DNA from: Dehalococcoidia bacterium | Lineage (GTDB): Bacteria > Chloroflexota > Dehalococcoidia > UBA2979 | Length of the DNA stretch: 53,436 nucleotides | Reading direction: 5' to 3' | Assembly (NCBI GenBank): GCA_034420575.1 | Contig: DAOULE010000210.1 | Location: 1 to 53,436, forward strand | Part shown: piece by piece, positions 17,692 through 26,374 of the stretch | How positions within the stretch are numbered: position 1 is the stretch's first letter | Layout: each line of letters starts with the position of its first letter | Notes under the pieces: model-generated | What the model saw: only the letters and a program-made list of their open reading frames with translations | Told to the model about the DNA's origin: nothing | Databases searched by the model: none | Program-made: the position numbers and the translations under genes

Positions 17692-18972
17692 TTACTGGTA
17701 GATGACGAGGTCCGGTGGGTGGTCGAGCCCCTGCAGGACCGTCGGCGTGATGAGCGGCGCGTCCCAGTGGTAGAAGAGCTTGATGGCTGCCCGCTCGGAG
17801 TAGCTGGACGTGGCGTAGAGGTCGTACTTGAGCAGCTTCACATGCGGGCTGCCCCATCCGTCCATGTCCACGGTGACCTCGACTTCGGGGACGTCGTCGT
17901 ACCACTCGACGCCGGTGAGCATGCTGTTGAGGAACTGGTGCAGCACCAGCACCTTCGGCGGGAGGTCGTGCTCGCGCACGAGCCCGGCCAGGTAATGCTG
18001 CACGGCGTTCACGTCGTCCGCTCCCAGGGTGCCGATGGACACGCCCGGGGCGGTGCCCGCGCTCCTCGTCGCGAACTCCGGGTCGAGCGCGAGGTGGACG
18101 AAGGGCTCGCGCAGCGCGTCCTCCAGCAGCATCACCTCGGTCAGGGTGTCGGACCACCCGATCTGCGTGTCGATGAAGAGGAGGATGTTGGCTTCGCGCG
18201 CGGCCTCGACGTACGCGTTGATCTGCGCGTCCTCCATGCGCAGCAGGTAGAGTCCGTCATTTCCGGGATGACGCTGCGCGACGCCGACGATGAGGTGGAG
18301 CGCCGGGATCACGTCGCGCGGGCCGTTCAGCGCGTCGTACTCGGCCGCGACGCGAGCGACGGCCGCGGCGGCGTCCGCGGGTGAGTGCAGGCCGAGTTCG
18401 CCCATCACCCCGACGCCCGGGTACCCGTAGAAGGACACGACCTGGGCCTGGTCGAACACGGATCCGACCGCCGGGGTCGGGTCGCGCGGCGGAGGGAGTG
18501 GCCTGGTCTGCGCTGCCGGGGCTGGCTCGACGGGGGCCGGGGCGGCCGGCGCGGGAGCGCTCGCGACGGTCGCGGCGGCGGGCGGCTCCGGTCCCACGGG
18601 CGTCATGACGACGGTACCGCTGATCGCGAGGAACAGCTCGAGCGAATCGACGCCCTCGATGGTGTCGGCGAGGGGTGCGAAGGGCGGGTCGGGCGTCCGC
18701 TCGGTGGCGGGCGCAACGCCGACGGCGTCGGCGACGGCCGGGGCGGCGCCGGCCGGCCCCGGCAGTGCGGGAATTGCGACGGCGAGGAGCGGCGGATCGG
18801 GATCGGCCGACACATGGTCCGCCGCGCCGGAGGCCTCGAGCGGGCGCTCGGGCACGGCGATCGACGGGGCGCCGGCCGGGTCACGGAGGGCGGCGGCGCT
18901 CACCGGGTTGGGCCCCGCCGGCCTCGCCATGTCGGGGGACGGCGAGGCATGCACGAGGATCAGGACGAGCAC
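17692..18972 (-). CDS. hypothetical exported/membrane-anchored protein with a Pro/Ala-rich linker and a ~260-aa C-terminal domain of unknown function
   Basis: 426-aa ORF with coding-like composition. The frame stays open about 20 codons upstream of the first canonical start and encodes a plausible TM anchor (PLGFVLITAFGVLVLILVHA). I cannot recognise a family with confidence. Confidence 0.6.
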   Translation of the reverse strand: MLVLILVHASPSPDMARPAGPNPVSAAALRDPAGAPSIAVPERPLEASGAADHVSADPDPPLLAVAIPALPGPAGAAPAVADAVGVAPATERTPDPPFAPLADTIEGVDSLELFLAISGTVVMTPVGPEPPAAATVASAPAPAAPAPVEPAPAAQTRPLPPPRDPTPAVGSVFDQAQVVSFYGYPGVGVMGELGLHSPADAAAAVARVAAEYDALNGPRDVIPALHLIVGVAQRHPGNDGLYLLRMEDAQINAYVEAAREANILLFIDTQIGWSDTLTEVMLLEDALREPFVHLALDPEFATRSAGTAPGVSIGTLGADDVNAVQHYLAGLVREHDLPPKVLVLHQFLNSMLTGVEWYDDVPEVEVTVDMDGWGSPHVKLLKYDLYATSSYSERAAIKLFYHWDAPLITPTVLQGLDHPPDLVIYQ

Positions 18973-19186
18973 GCCGAAGGCGGTGATGAGGACGAAGCCC
19001 AGCGGGCGAAGGGGAGTACGCAGGGTGAACTCTCTAGCTACCCCGCCGCATATTCAACGTACCACAAACGATAGCGATGCGCACCACCGGCGCAGTGGGC
19101 CGGCAAGTGACAAGGGGTCGCACGGGCTGCGACAATGCCGGACGTGGTGCGGGTAGGCCCGCTCCGCAGCGGGAGAGGGCTACATC

Positions 19187-19357
19187 GTGCCGGGTCGAGG
19201 ACTGCTACGCGCGCTCATCGTTCTTGCGGCCGCGGCGGGCGCGGCTGTGTTCGTGCTTCGCAAGCTTGGCATCATCGGCGGGAACGTCGGCGGCGCGGCG
19301 ATCGAGTACGCCGACCCGTCAGTTGACGACGGCGAGGATGAGGCCGCCAACGAGTAG
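19187..19357 (+). CDS. possible small membrane protein (56 aa)
   Basis: GTG 19187 is preceded by GGGAGAGGG. The product reads VPGRGLLRALIVLAAAAGAAVFVLRKLGIIGG...DDGEDEAANE. It is below the ORF-track size cut-off, and its 3' end overlaps the next feature. Confidence 0.3.
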   Translation: MPGRGLLRALIVLAAAAGAAVFVLRKLGIIGGNVGGAAIEYADPSVDDGEDEAANE

Positions 19358-19504
19358 CGCGATCAGCAGGGCGGCGCCTATGCGCAGGACCATCGGCGTC
19401 CAGAACCGGCGCGTCGGCGGATCCCAGTACGCGTACCCTGCCTCCTCGGTCAGGTCAGGATCGAGTTCACCCTCCGTCGAGTACTCCCAGTCTTCGTCCG
19501 CCAC
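19319..19504 (-). CDS. possible small tail-anchored membrane protein (61 aa)
   Basis: GTG 19502-19504 is preceded by GGGGAGG. The product reads VADEDWEYSTEGELDPDL...RRFWTPMVLRIGAALLIALLVGGLILAVVN and GC3 is high. It lies inside the longer shadow ORF 19319..20071. Confidence 0.35.
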   Translation of the reverse strand: MADEDWEYSTEGELDPDLTEEAGYAYWDPPTRRFWTPMVLRIGAALLIALLVGGLILAVVN

Positions 19505-19594
19505 GCGCGTCCCTGCCTCCCCGATGCCCGTTCCGGGGCCGAGGCTAGCGAACGCGGCGTCGCCGCGCCACGGTCGCGCGCGTTGGAGCGGCTC

Positions 19595-20560
19595 ATGAGT
19601 GACGCAGCGTCCCCGCCGGCCGTGCCCCCGGAGGGGCCACCCCCGCCCTCGGAGGACGCGCTCCGCGAGATCGAGGCGGTCGCCGTCGACCTCGCGCGGA
19701 TGGCGGGCGAGCGCATCCAGGAGACGCTGACACGCGAGATCGCCGTCGAGTACAAGGACCAGGGCGAGGACGGCCGCCCACCCTCGAACCCGGTGAGCGA
19801 AGTGGACCGAGCGGTCGAGCAGTTCCTGCGCGAGCGCCTGGGCGAGCGCTTCCCCGACCACGGCATCATCGGCGAGGAGATGGACACCCACCCCGACCGC
19901 GACGACGCGTTCGTGTGGGCTGTCGATCCGGTCGACGGAACCACCAACTTCATCAACGGCTTCCCGCTCTACGCCGTATCGATCGGCGTGTTGCACCACG
20001 GACTGCCCGTCGTCGGCGCGATCTGGTGCTCGACCGGGCACGCGCTGCGGCCCGGCGTCTACCACGCGCATCGCGGCGGCGTGCTCTGCTTCGAGGGCGA
20101 GTCGATGCCGAGGGGCCGGCCGGCGAGCGGCGTGAGCCGCAAGCTGGGCGCGGGCCCGGCGGGGTCGCCGGGGCGCTTCCGCGGGTGGGACATCCGCGTC
20201 ACGGGTTCGGCGGCCATCGAGTGCGCCTTCGTGGCGTCGGGCATCTTCCAGTACGCCGTGTTCACCGCGCCCAGCATCTGGGACGTGGCCGGCGGCGTCT
20301 GCCTCGCACAGTCGGCGGGCCTGAGCGTGATGACGAACGGCGCCCGGGGCATCGAGGACTTCAGCCGCTTCGAGGCTCCCGCCGAGGTGCAGGCGGACCG
20401 CGAGCCCTCGCTACGCGACTGGCGGGAGTTCATCGTGATGGGTCAGCCCGAGGCGACGGGCGGCATCGGCGAGATGATGAGCCGTCGCCGCAACCGCGTG
20501 CTGTTCCGCGTGCGGCGCGTGCTCTGGCGCCTCGCCGCGCGTTTCCTCATGCCGAGGTAG
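19595..20560 (+). CDS. inositol monophosphatase family protein (SuhB/ImpA/CysQ-like)
   Basis: ORF 19583..20560, with ATG 19595 preferred (GGAGCGG upstream). Motifs: IIGEE, WAVDPVDGTTNF and IWDVAGG. Confidence 0.85.
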   Translation: MSDAASPPAVPPEGPPPPSEDALREIEAVAVDLARMAGERIQETLTREIAVEYKDQGEDGRPPSNPVSEVDRAVEQFLRERLGERFPDHGIIGEEMDTHPDRDDAFVWAVDPVDGTTNFINGFPLYAVSIGVLHHGLPVVGAIWCSTGHALRPGVYHAHRGGVLCFEGESMPRGRPASGVSRKLGAGPAGSPGRFRGWDIRVTGSAAIECAFVASGIFQYAVFTAPSIWDVAGGVCLAQSAGLSVMTNGARGIEDFSRFEAPAEVQADREPSLRDWREFIVMGQPEATGGIGEMMSRRRNRVLFRVRRVLWRLAARFLMPR

Positions 20561-20596
20561 CCCCAACCCGGTCGCCGGCCGCGGCGGACGGCCCGG

Positions 20597-21031
20597 CTAC
20601 GCCGGCTCCTCGAGCCGCAGCTCCCCGCTCCACGACTCGGTCCCCACCTCGATCTCGCACGCCACGCGCGCGCCGCTCGATGGGTCTCCACGCAGCTGCG
20701 GGAAGCCGCCGAGGTCGCCCTCGGCCGCGTCGACGATGAAGCGGGCGCGCACCGCGGCAGCGCCGGTCTCGTCGCTGGCCTCGACGCTCCCGGCGTCGAG
20801 CGAGGCGTTGAGCTCGGCGGCGTCGTCGGCGATGGTCACGTAGCCCTCGGCGAGCGGCACCTCGCCCTCGCGGCCGAGCAACCAGACGAGGCTCACGGCG
20901 AACGCCACGCCTGCGGCAACCTCGTCGTCGCCGGGCTCCGCCTCGCCGTCGAGCACGACCTGGCAGCGGCCGTCGAGGAGCTCCTCGCGCTCGATCACCT
21001 CGCCGCTCACGCGCCATACCGCTGCCGTCAT
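20597..21031 (-). CDS. hypothetical acidic protein
   Basis: 144-aa ORF with coding-like composition. I recognise no motif. Confidence 0.5.
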   Translation of the reverse strand: MTAAVWRVSGEVIEREELLDGRCQVVLDGEAEPGDDEVAAGVAFAVSLVWLLGREGEVPLAEGYVTIADDAAELNASLDAGSVEASDETGAAAVRARFIVDAAEGDLGGFPQLRGDPSSGARVACEIEVGTESWSGELRLEEPA

Positions 21032-21088
21032 GCGGGCATGCTAGCGCCGGCGGGCGTCAGCGCCGAGGGTGGTGCAGACTGGGGCGCC

Positions 21089-21658
21089 ATGGCCGACATC
21101 TACTTCACGAGGCTCCCGACGCCGGGGTGGGCGCAGGCGTTGTCGCACCGCGTGCTGGACGACGCCGGGTATCCCCACCTCTGCCGCATCGAGTGGCGCT
21201 GGGGAGACACGCGGCCGAGGAGCTGGGCCGAGCCGGAGCGTCGCCGGGTCGTGATCCGGGTCGACCCGGAGCGCGGCCACGCGGCCCTCGCGTCGACGCT
21301 GCTGCACGAACTCGCGCACCTCGTGCTGCCGCCGAAGGAGCACCACTCGCAGCGTTTCTGGCGACACTTCTACGGGCTGGTTGAGCGCTACGGGTCTGGC
21401 GAGGGGTGCCCGCTGACCCTCGACGATGCGTACCTGCTGTCGCGCCACTACAAGGTGAAGGCCATCAAGGTCGCCGCTGACCTCGGCGTCGCAGCTGCGC
21501 GGAGCAACCTCGCGCTGCGAGTGCCCGGCGAGCCGCATCCCGACCGCTGGCTCATCGAGTCGCTCGCTGCCGAGCAGCGGCTGAGTGAGCAGACGTGCGA
21601 GGCGTGCCTGGCCGACTCACGCGTGGTCGCACTCCCGTCGAACGCCGCTGTGCGATGA
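21089..21658 (+). CDS. putative zinc metallopeptidase (SprT/WLM-like HExxH protein)
   Basis: ORF 21038..21658, trimmed to ATG 21089 (MADIYF). It has the HExxH motif LLHELAHLV. The family assignment is tentative. Confidence 0.5.
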   Translation: MADIYFTRLPTPGWAQALSHRVLDDAGYPHLCRIEWRWGDTRPRSWAEPERRRVVIRVDPERGHAALASTLLHELAHLVLPPKEHHSQRFWRHFYGLVERYGSGEGCPLTLDDAYLLSRHYKVKAIKVAADLGVAAARSNLALRVPGEPHPDRWLIESLAAEQRLSEQTCEACLADSRVVALPSNAAVR

Positions 21659-21683
21659 TGGAGCCGTAGCGGAGGTGCCGGTC

Positions 21684-21926
21684 ATGGTGCTGAGGAGCGT
21701 GCGGGCGCGCTACTCGAAGGGCGTCTTCGAGCCGCTCGACGAAGTCGACCTCGCCGAGGACCAGGAAGTGCTCCTGACCGTCGAGGATCGCCCGTCGCCG
21801 AAGCGTGACCCCGAGGCAATGCGCGCCGGGGCGGGCGGCTGGATCGGCCAGCACGACCCCGATGAGTTGATCAAGATGCTCTACGAGGCCCGGATCACCG
21901 GATCGCGCGAGCCTCCGGATCTCTAG
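21684..21926 (+). CDS. DUF104-type antitoxin-like protein (orphan, no adjacent toxin)
   Basis: ATG 21684 has GGAGG 8 nt upstream. The N-terminus VRARYSKGVFEPLDEVDLAEDQEVLLTVE matches the AF2212/DUF104 pattern (Y.nGvfkPLe.vdL.eg..v.i.i). Confidence 0.55.
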   Translation: MVLRSVRARYSKGVFEPLDEVDLAEDQEVLLTVEDRPSPKRDPEAMRAGAGGWIGQHDPDELIKMLYEARITGSREPPDL

Positions 21927-22042
21927 CGCCCGTACATTCTTTGCCCAGCTCTCCCCATCCGTCGACGCGCACAGGCGGTTGAGCATATAATCGGCTCGGC
22001 GGGACTCCCCGGCTCGTTGTGCCCGCCGCCCGGGGGTACACC

Positions 22043-22894
22043 ATGGCCATCGAAGTCACGTTGCTCGACCACACGCAGGATCCGCTGCGCACGCTCTACA
22101 CGGCGTTCCGCGTCTGCTACTCGGCGCTGACGCCCGCCCAGATCGAGGCGCGCATCACCGACGGGCGCATCTCGCGCGAGCAGATGCAGGAGTTCATCGA
22201 CGTGCGGCTGGGGACCGGGCACGCCTCGCCGCTCCAGCAGATCTGGTTCGAGTTCGGCATCTCCGGCGTGAGCCGCGCGTTCTCGCACCAGTTCGTGCGG
22301 CACCACATCGGCATCTCGTTCGAACAGCAGTCGCAGCGCTACGTCACCTACAAGGACGGCACGTTCCCGTTCACCACGCCGGAGAGCATCCGCCGCGCCG
22401 GCAAGGCAGAGGCCTTTGAGCAGGCCATCGAGGCGGCCGGGAACGCCTACCTCGAGCTCGTCGACTCCGGCGTGCCCGCCGAGGACGCCCGCTTCCTGCT
22501 CCCGAACGCGACGAACACGAACTTCAAGGTGTCCGTCAACTACCTCGAGCTGCTGCACATCGCCGACCTGCGGCTGTGCACGCGCGCGCAGTGGGAGTTC
22601 CGCAAGGTCGTCGCGATGATGCGCGCCGAGCTGAAGCGCGCCTTCCCCGAGCTGGCGCGCTACATCCAGCCGAAGTGCGGCGAGTTCCGCCTCGGCTACT
22701 GCGACGAGGACTACGAGGCGTGGGAGGAGTGCCCGCTGGGCGCGAAGCGTCCGCACAAGCGCACGCTCTTCGAGCTGTACGAGCGTGCTCGCACCGCCAA
22801 CGGCGGCAGCGCGCGCGGCCTCGGTGACCTCGACGACGGCGACTTCGAGATCATCGAGCTGGAGCAGGTGGGCGAGCCGGCCGAGCAGTACTAG
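22043..22894 (+). CDS. thyX: FAD-dependent thymidylate synthase ThyX
   Basis: ORF 22019..22894, starting at ATG 22043. It has a ThyX-motif region FVRHHIGISFEQQSQRY, and LLPNATNTNF. Confidence 0.85.
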   Translation: MAIEVTLLDHTQDPLRTLYTAFRVCYSALTPAQIEARITDGRISREQMQEFIDVRLGTGHASPLQQIWFEFGISGVSRAFSHQFVRHHIGISFEQQSQRYVTYKDGTFPFTTPESIRRAGKAEAFEQAIEAAGNAYLELVDSGVPAEDARFLLPNATNTNFKVSVNYLELLHIADLRLCTRAQWEFRKVVAMMRAELKRAFPELARYIQPKCGEFRLGYCDEDYEAWEECPLGAKRPHKRTLFELYERARTANGGSARGLGDLDDGDFEIIELEQVGEPAEQY

Positions 22895-23033
22895 GGTCGC
22901 ATCCGCCCCGATCCCGCGATCCGCTTCTGTAACGCCGTCCGCGCCACGTTTACGGTCGCGTTAGCCCGCCAGTCGGTACCCTGATCGGGTGCGCGCGGCC
23001 GAGGGTCGCGCCCGACCGGCCGGGGAGGCGTCC

Positions 23034-23867
23034 ATGCTCAGTCAGCCACGCACACGCATCGCGATCCTGGCGGTGGCTGCGATTGCGATCGTCGCCGTCG
23101 GGGCCTGGTACTTCGTCCTGCGCGACGACGCACCCCCGCCGCCCACGCTCGAGACCGCCGTCAGCTCCGTGCAGCAGACCTCGACGCCCACACCCGCTGT
23201 CACCACGACCGCGACGGCGACTGCAACCGCGACTGCGACTGCGACGGCCACCGCCACGGCGACCGGGACCGCTACCTCGACGCCCACGGCGACGGCCACC
23301 GCCACCGAAGAACCGGCCGCGACCTGGCCAGACGACCCCACCGGCGAGTGGGTCATCTCCGCCGAGGGCGATTCCTTCGTCGGCTACCGCGTGAACGAGG
23401 AGCTGGCCACCGTGGGCACCTTCACCGCCGTGGGCCGCACGCGGGGCGTCACCGGCTCCCTGACCTTCGACGGCGCCGCCATCACGAGCGTGGAGATCGA
23501 GGCCGACCTCACCCGCCTCGTCAGCGACGACTCGCGCCGCGACCGCGCGCTCGGCTCGCAGGGCCTCGAGATCAACGACTACCCGACTGCTTCGTTCTCG
23601 CTGACGCAGCCGATCGCGCTCGACGCCGTGCCCGCCGAGGGCGACATGATCGCCGTCGACGCCGTGGGCGAGCTCACCATCCACGGTGTCACGAACGAGG
23701 TCACGATCCCGCTGGAGGGCCAGCGCACGGGCGGCTTTGTCGTGGTCGTCGGGTCGATCGAGATCGTATTCGCGGACTACGGGATGGACACGCCGAGCGC
23801 GTTCATCGTGGTCTCGATCGAGGACTTCGGCCTGATGGAGCTGCAGCTCGTCTTCGAGCCGGCGTAG
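23034..23867 (+). CDS. YceI-family periplasmic/exported protein with N-terminal TM anchor and (Thr-Ala)n linker
   Basis: ORF 22989..23867, starting at ATG 23034 (GGGGAGG upstream). It has a TM segment IAILAVAAIAIVAVGAWYF, and YceI-like GVTGSLTFDG...GELTIHGVTNEVTIP. Confidence 0.8.
   Translation: MLSQPRTRIAILAVAAIAIVAVGAWYFVLRDDAPPPPTLETAVSSVQQTSTPTPAVTTTATATATATATATATATATGTATSTPTATATATEEPAATWPDDPTGEWVISAEGDSFVGYRVNEELATVGTFTAVGRTRGVTGSLTFDGAAITSVEIEADLTRLVSDDSRRDRALGSQGLEINDYPTASFSLTQPIALDAVPAEGDMIAVDAVGELTIHGVTNEVTIPLEGQRTGGFVVVVGSIEIVFADYGMDTPSAFIVVSIEDFGLMELQLVFEPA
23203..23309 (+). repeat. in-frame low-complexity (ACN-GCN)n hexanucleotide repeat encoding TTTATATATATATATATATGTATSTPTATATAT
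   Basis: Read directly from the sequence, inside the YceI-family CDS. Confidence 0.9.
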
Positions 23868-23891
23868 CGCGAGCCCAGCGGTCAGGGTCGG

Positions 23892-25367
23892 TTAGGCGGC
23901 GGCTTCCGCCGCCTCTGCGTCGGCCTCCGCGATGCCCTCGTGCGATGCGTTCGCGCGCCGGACGGCGGTCATCGAGATGCGCTGGCCGCCGACGAGCGCC
24001 ATCACCACGATGAAGCCGATGAGCGCGACGCCGAGGGCGGTGAAGGTCGCGAAGCCGCCGATTGCGTCGCCGAGCACGCCGAGCGGTCCGCCCATGAGCG
24101 GGAAGATGCCGAACGTGAGCATGTAGAGGCTCATCACGCGCCCGTGGTACTCGGGCGCGGCGGTCATCATGAGCATCGAGTTGTTGAGCGCCATGTAGCC
24201 CATCTGGAAGACGCCCAGCAGGAGCATCGCCACCAGCGCCCCGGCGAAGCCGAACATCGCCGAGCCGAGCCCGAGCATCACGAGCCCCGCGCCCCAGCCC
24301 GCGCCGAGGAAGCTCTGGATCAGCGGCAGCTTCGACTTCGGGTTGAGCGTCGCGATCGTGAGCGAGCCGAGCAGCGCCCCCACCGCCGAGAGCCCGACGA
24401 GCACGCTGAACCCCATCTCGCCCTGCCCGAGGCTGGAGCGGGCGAAGGCGGGAAGGATCGTGACGTAGGGGATGCCGAGCAGGATCGGCACGAACGCCAT
24501 AAACATCAGCACGCGCAGCGCGCGCGTGTCGCGCACGTAGCGCAGCCCGATCGCGATGTCGTCGAACATCCCGCGCTTCTCGCGGTTGAGGTGGGCGGTG
24601 CTGCGCGGGAGCAGGACGACGCTGAGCCAGCCGATGCCGTACATCGCGCCGGTGATGTAGTAGCACACGTCGAAGCCCCACCACGAGATGAAGAGCCCCG
24701 CGGCGAGCGGCGAGAAGATGCGCGTGGCGTTCATCGCGGTGTTGTTGAGCGCGATGGCGTTCATCATCTGCTCGCGCGGGACCACCTCGGGGATAAACGC
24801 CTGGCGGGCGGGCATGTTGAACGAGAACGTCGCGCCGAGGAACACGCCGATGATGAACAGCATCGGCAGCGTGATCACGCCGGTGGTGATGGCGATGCCG
24901 ATGACGATCGCCTGCGCCGTCACCCCGACCTGCGTGACGAGCAGGATCGTGCGCTTGTCCATGCGGTCGGCGATGGCGCCGCCGGGGAGCGCGAAGAAGA
25001 ACTGGGGCACGCCCCACGCCATCGCGAGCACGCCGACGGCGGTGAACGTCCCGGACAGCTCGTAGGCGAGCAGGCCCTGCGCGATCATCTGCATCTGCAT
25101 GCCCGTCATGCCGACGGCCATCGAGATCCAGAGCAGGCGGTACTTCGGGTACTTGAACGCGGTGAACGTGCGTCGCAGGGACGGCCGCTGTCCGCCCGGG
25201 CCGCCCGGCGGGCCGCCGCCGTGCCCACCACCGGGGCGCCCCGGAGGTGCGCCGTTCGACGAGTGTCCGCCCGATGCCGCCGGTGGCGCGCCGTTCGAGG
25301 AGGCGCCGTTCGGACGTGCGGGCGCGTGGCGCTCGGCGTCGTCGGTGGTGACCGGGCGAGCAGTCAT
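23892..25367 (-). CDS. MFS transporter (12-TM type, EntS/MFS_3-like)
   Basis: ORF 23892..25436, trimmed to ATG 25365-25367 (MTARPV). It has a Gly/Pro-rich cytoplasmic N-terminus, then about 12 hydrophobic segments. The motif GAIADRMDKR sits between TM2 and TM3. Confidence 0.85.
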   Translation of the reverse strand: MTARPVTTDDAERHAPARPNGASSNGAPPAASGGHSSNGAPPGRPGGGHGGGPPGGPGGQRPSLRRTFTAFKYPKYRLLWISMAVGMTGMQMQMIAQGLLAYELSGTFTAVGVLAMAWGVPQFFFALPGGAIADRMDKRTILLVTQVGVTAQAIVIGIAITTGVITLPMLFIIGVFLGATFSFNMPARQAFIPEVVPREQMMNAIALNNTAMNATRIFSPLAAGLFISWWGFDVCYYITGAMYGIGWLSVVLLPRSTAHLNREKRGMFDDIAIGLRYVRDTRALRVLMFMAFVPILLGIPYVTILPAFARSSLGQGEMGFSVLVGLSAVGALLGSLTIATLNPKSKLPLIQSFLGAGWGAGLVMLGLGSAMFGFAGALVAMLLLGVFQMGYMALNNSMLMMTAAPEYHGRVMSLYMLTFGIFPLMGGPLGVLGDAIGGFATFTALGVALIGFIVVMALVGGQRISMTAVRRANASHEGIAEADAEAAEAAA

Positions 25368-25569
25368 GGGCGCTCCCGCGCGTCCGTGCGCGCTGGCCGG
25401 CTCCGCACAACCGTATCGGTCCGGGCGGCACGGCAAACCCCGTGGGTGGGGAGATCAAGGGTAGGTTCGGCCAAACCTGCCGTCAACGTAAGGTTGGCGC
25501 AACGGTCGCCCTCGGTATGATCGCGCCGGACGAGCGCCGCCCCGTGTCGCGCCAGCACAGAGGACCGCC

Positions 25570-26010
25570 ATGATCGCGATCCCGCCGTCTGCCCGCAGGC
25601 TCCTCGAGGACCGCGCCTACGGCCACCTCGTCACGAGGAACCCCGACGGCTCGCCGCAGACCTCGATGCTGTGGTTCGACGTGGAGGGCGACGAGTTGCT
25701 GTGCAACACCGTCGACGGCCGCGTGAAGGTCCGCAACATGCGCCGCGACCCGCGCGTGCTGGTGAGTGTCCAGGACCGCGACAACGAGCTGTCCTACCTG
25801 CTCGTGCACGGCCGCGTGACGGCCATGACCGAGGCCGGCGCCGAGGAGCACATCGAGCAGCTCGGCCGGCGCTTCACCGCGCCGGGCGAGCAGCAACTGC
25901 TGGAACGATTTCGGGTAGCCGACGCGCCGCGGCTGCTCGTGCGCATCGCCGCCGAGCGGCTCGGCGGTTGGGGGCCCTGGCTCGCGGAGCAGGGTGGAAC
26001 GACGGAGTAG
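25570..26010 (+). CDS. pyridoxamine 5'-phosphate oxidase family protein (PPOX-class, probably F420-dependent)
   Basis: 146 aa: YGHLVTRNPDGSPQTSMLWFDVEGDELLCNT...RNMRRDPRVLVSV. A candidate promoter TTGGCG-16-TATGAT lies at 25494-25521. Confidence 0.75.
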   Translation: MIAIPPSARRLLEDRAYGHLVTRNPDGSPQTSMLWFDVEGDELLCNTVDGRVKVRNMRRDPRVLVSVQDRDNELSYLLVHGRVTAMTEAGAEEHIEQLGRRFTAPGEQQLLERFRVADAPRLLVRIAAERLGGWGPWLAEQGGTTE

Positions 26011-26014
26011 CCAG

Positions 26015-26374
26015 ATGACGAGCGACGCGAACGAGGCGCCCGAGGACAACCTCGGGGTGGCCATGGAGGAGAGCCTCGCGGAGGAGTGCGCGAACTGGAT
26101 CGCCGAGCAGCTCACCGACGAGTTCGGCGGCTTCGTCTCCGCCGAGATGATCGACGCGATCTTCGAGTTCGAGGTGATCCTCCGCAACGAGCACAACGAC
26201 GCCGCCATGGACCACCGCACCATGGCCGACCGCCTGCTCGTGCGCCTCGAGGCGGAGGGCGCGCCCGTGGGTGAGCGCTGGGGCGTCACCTCGCACCTGC
26301 TCGTCGAGATCCTGCACTGGGAGGACGAGTTCCGCGCGCTCGCGAACCAGCCCCGGGACGTGCGCCCCTCCTAG
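26015..26374 (+). CDS. hypothetical acidic protein
   Basis: ORF 25994..26374 with very high GC3. ATG 26015 avoids overlap with the upstream gene. I recognise no family. Confidence 0.6.
   Translation: MTSDANEAPEDNLGVAMEESLAEECANWIAEQLTDEFGGFVSAEMIDAIFEFEVILRNEHNDAAMDHRTMADRLLVRLEAEGAPVGERWGVTSHLLVEILHWEDEFRALANQPRDVRPS

Noticed and set aside
23203-23309. Regular short repeats in the YceI gene, and the poly-Asp/Thr-coding repeats in the SBP genes (about 2520-2680, 4540-4720, 6590-6700), considered as possible CRISPR or satellite arrays.
   Set aside because: They are in-frame, codon-level low-complexity linkers (Thr-Ala, Asp, Thr/Ser/Gly runs) inside CDSs. They have no spacer-repeat architecture and no cas genes.
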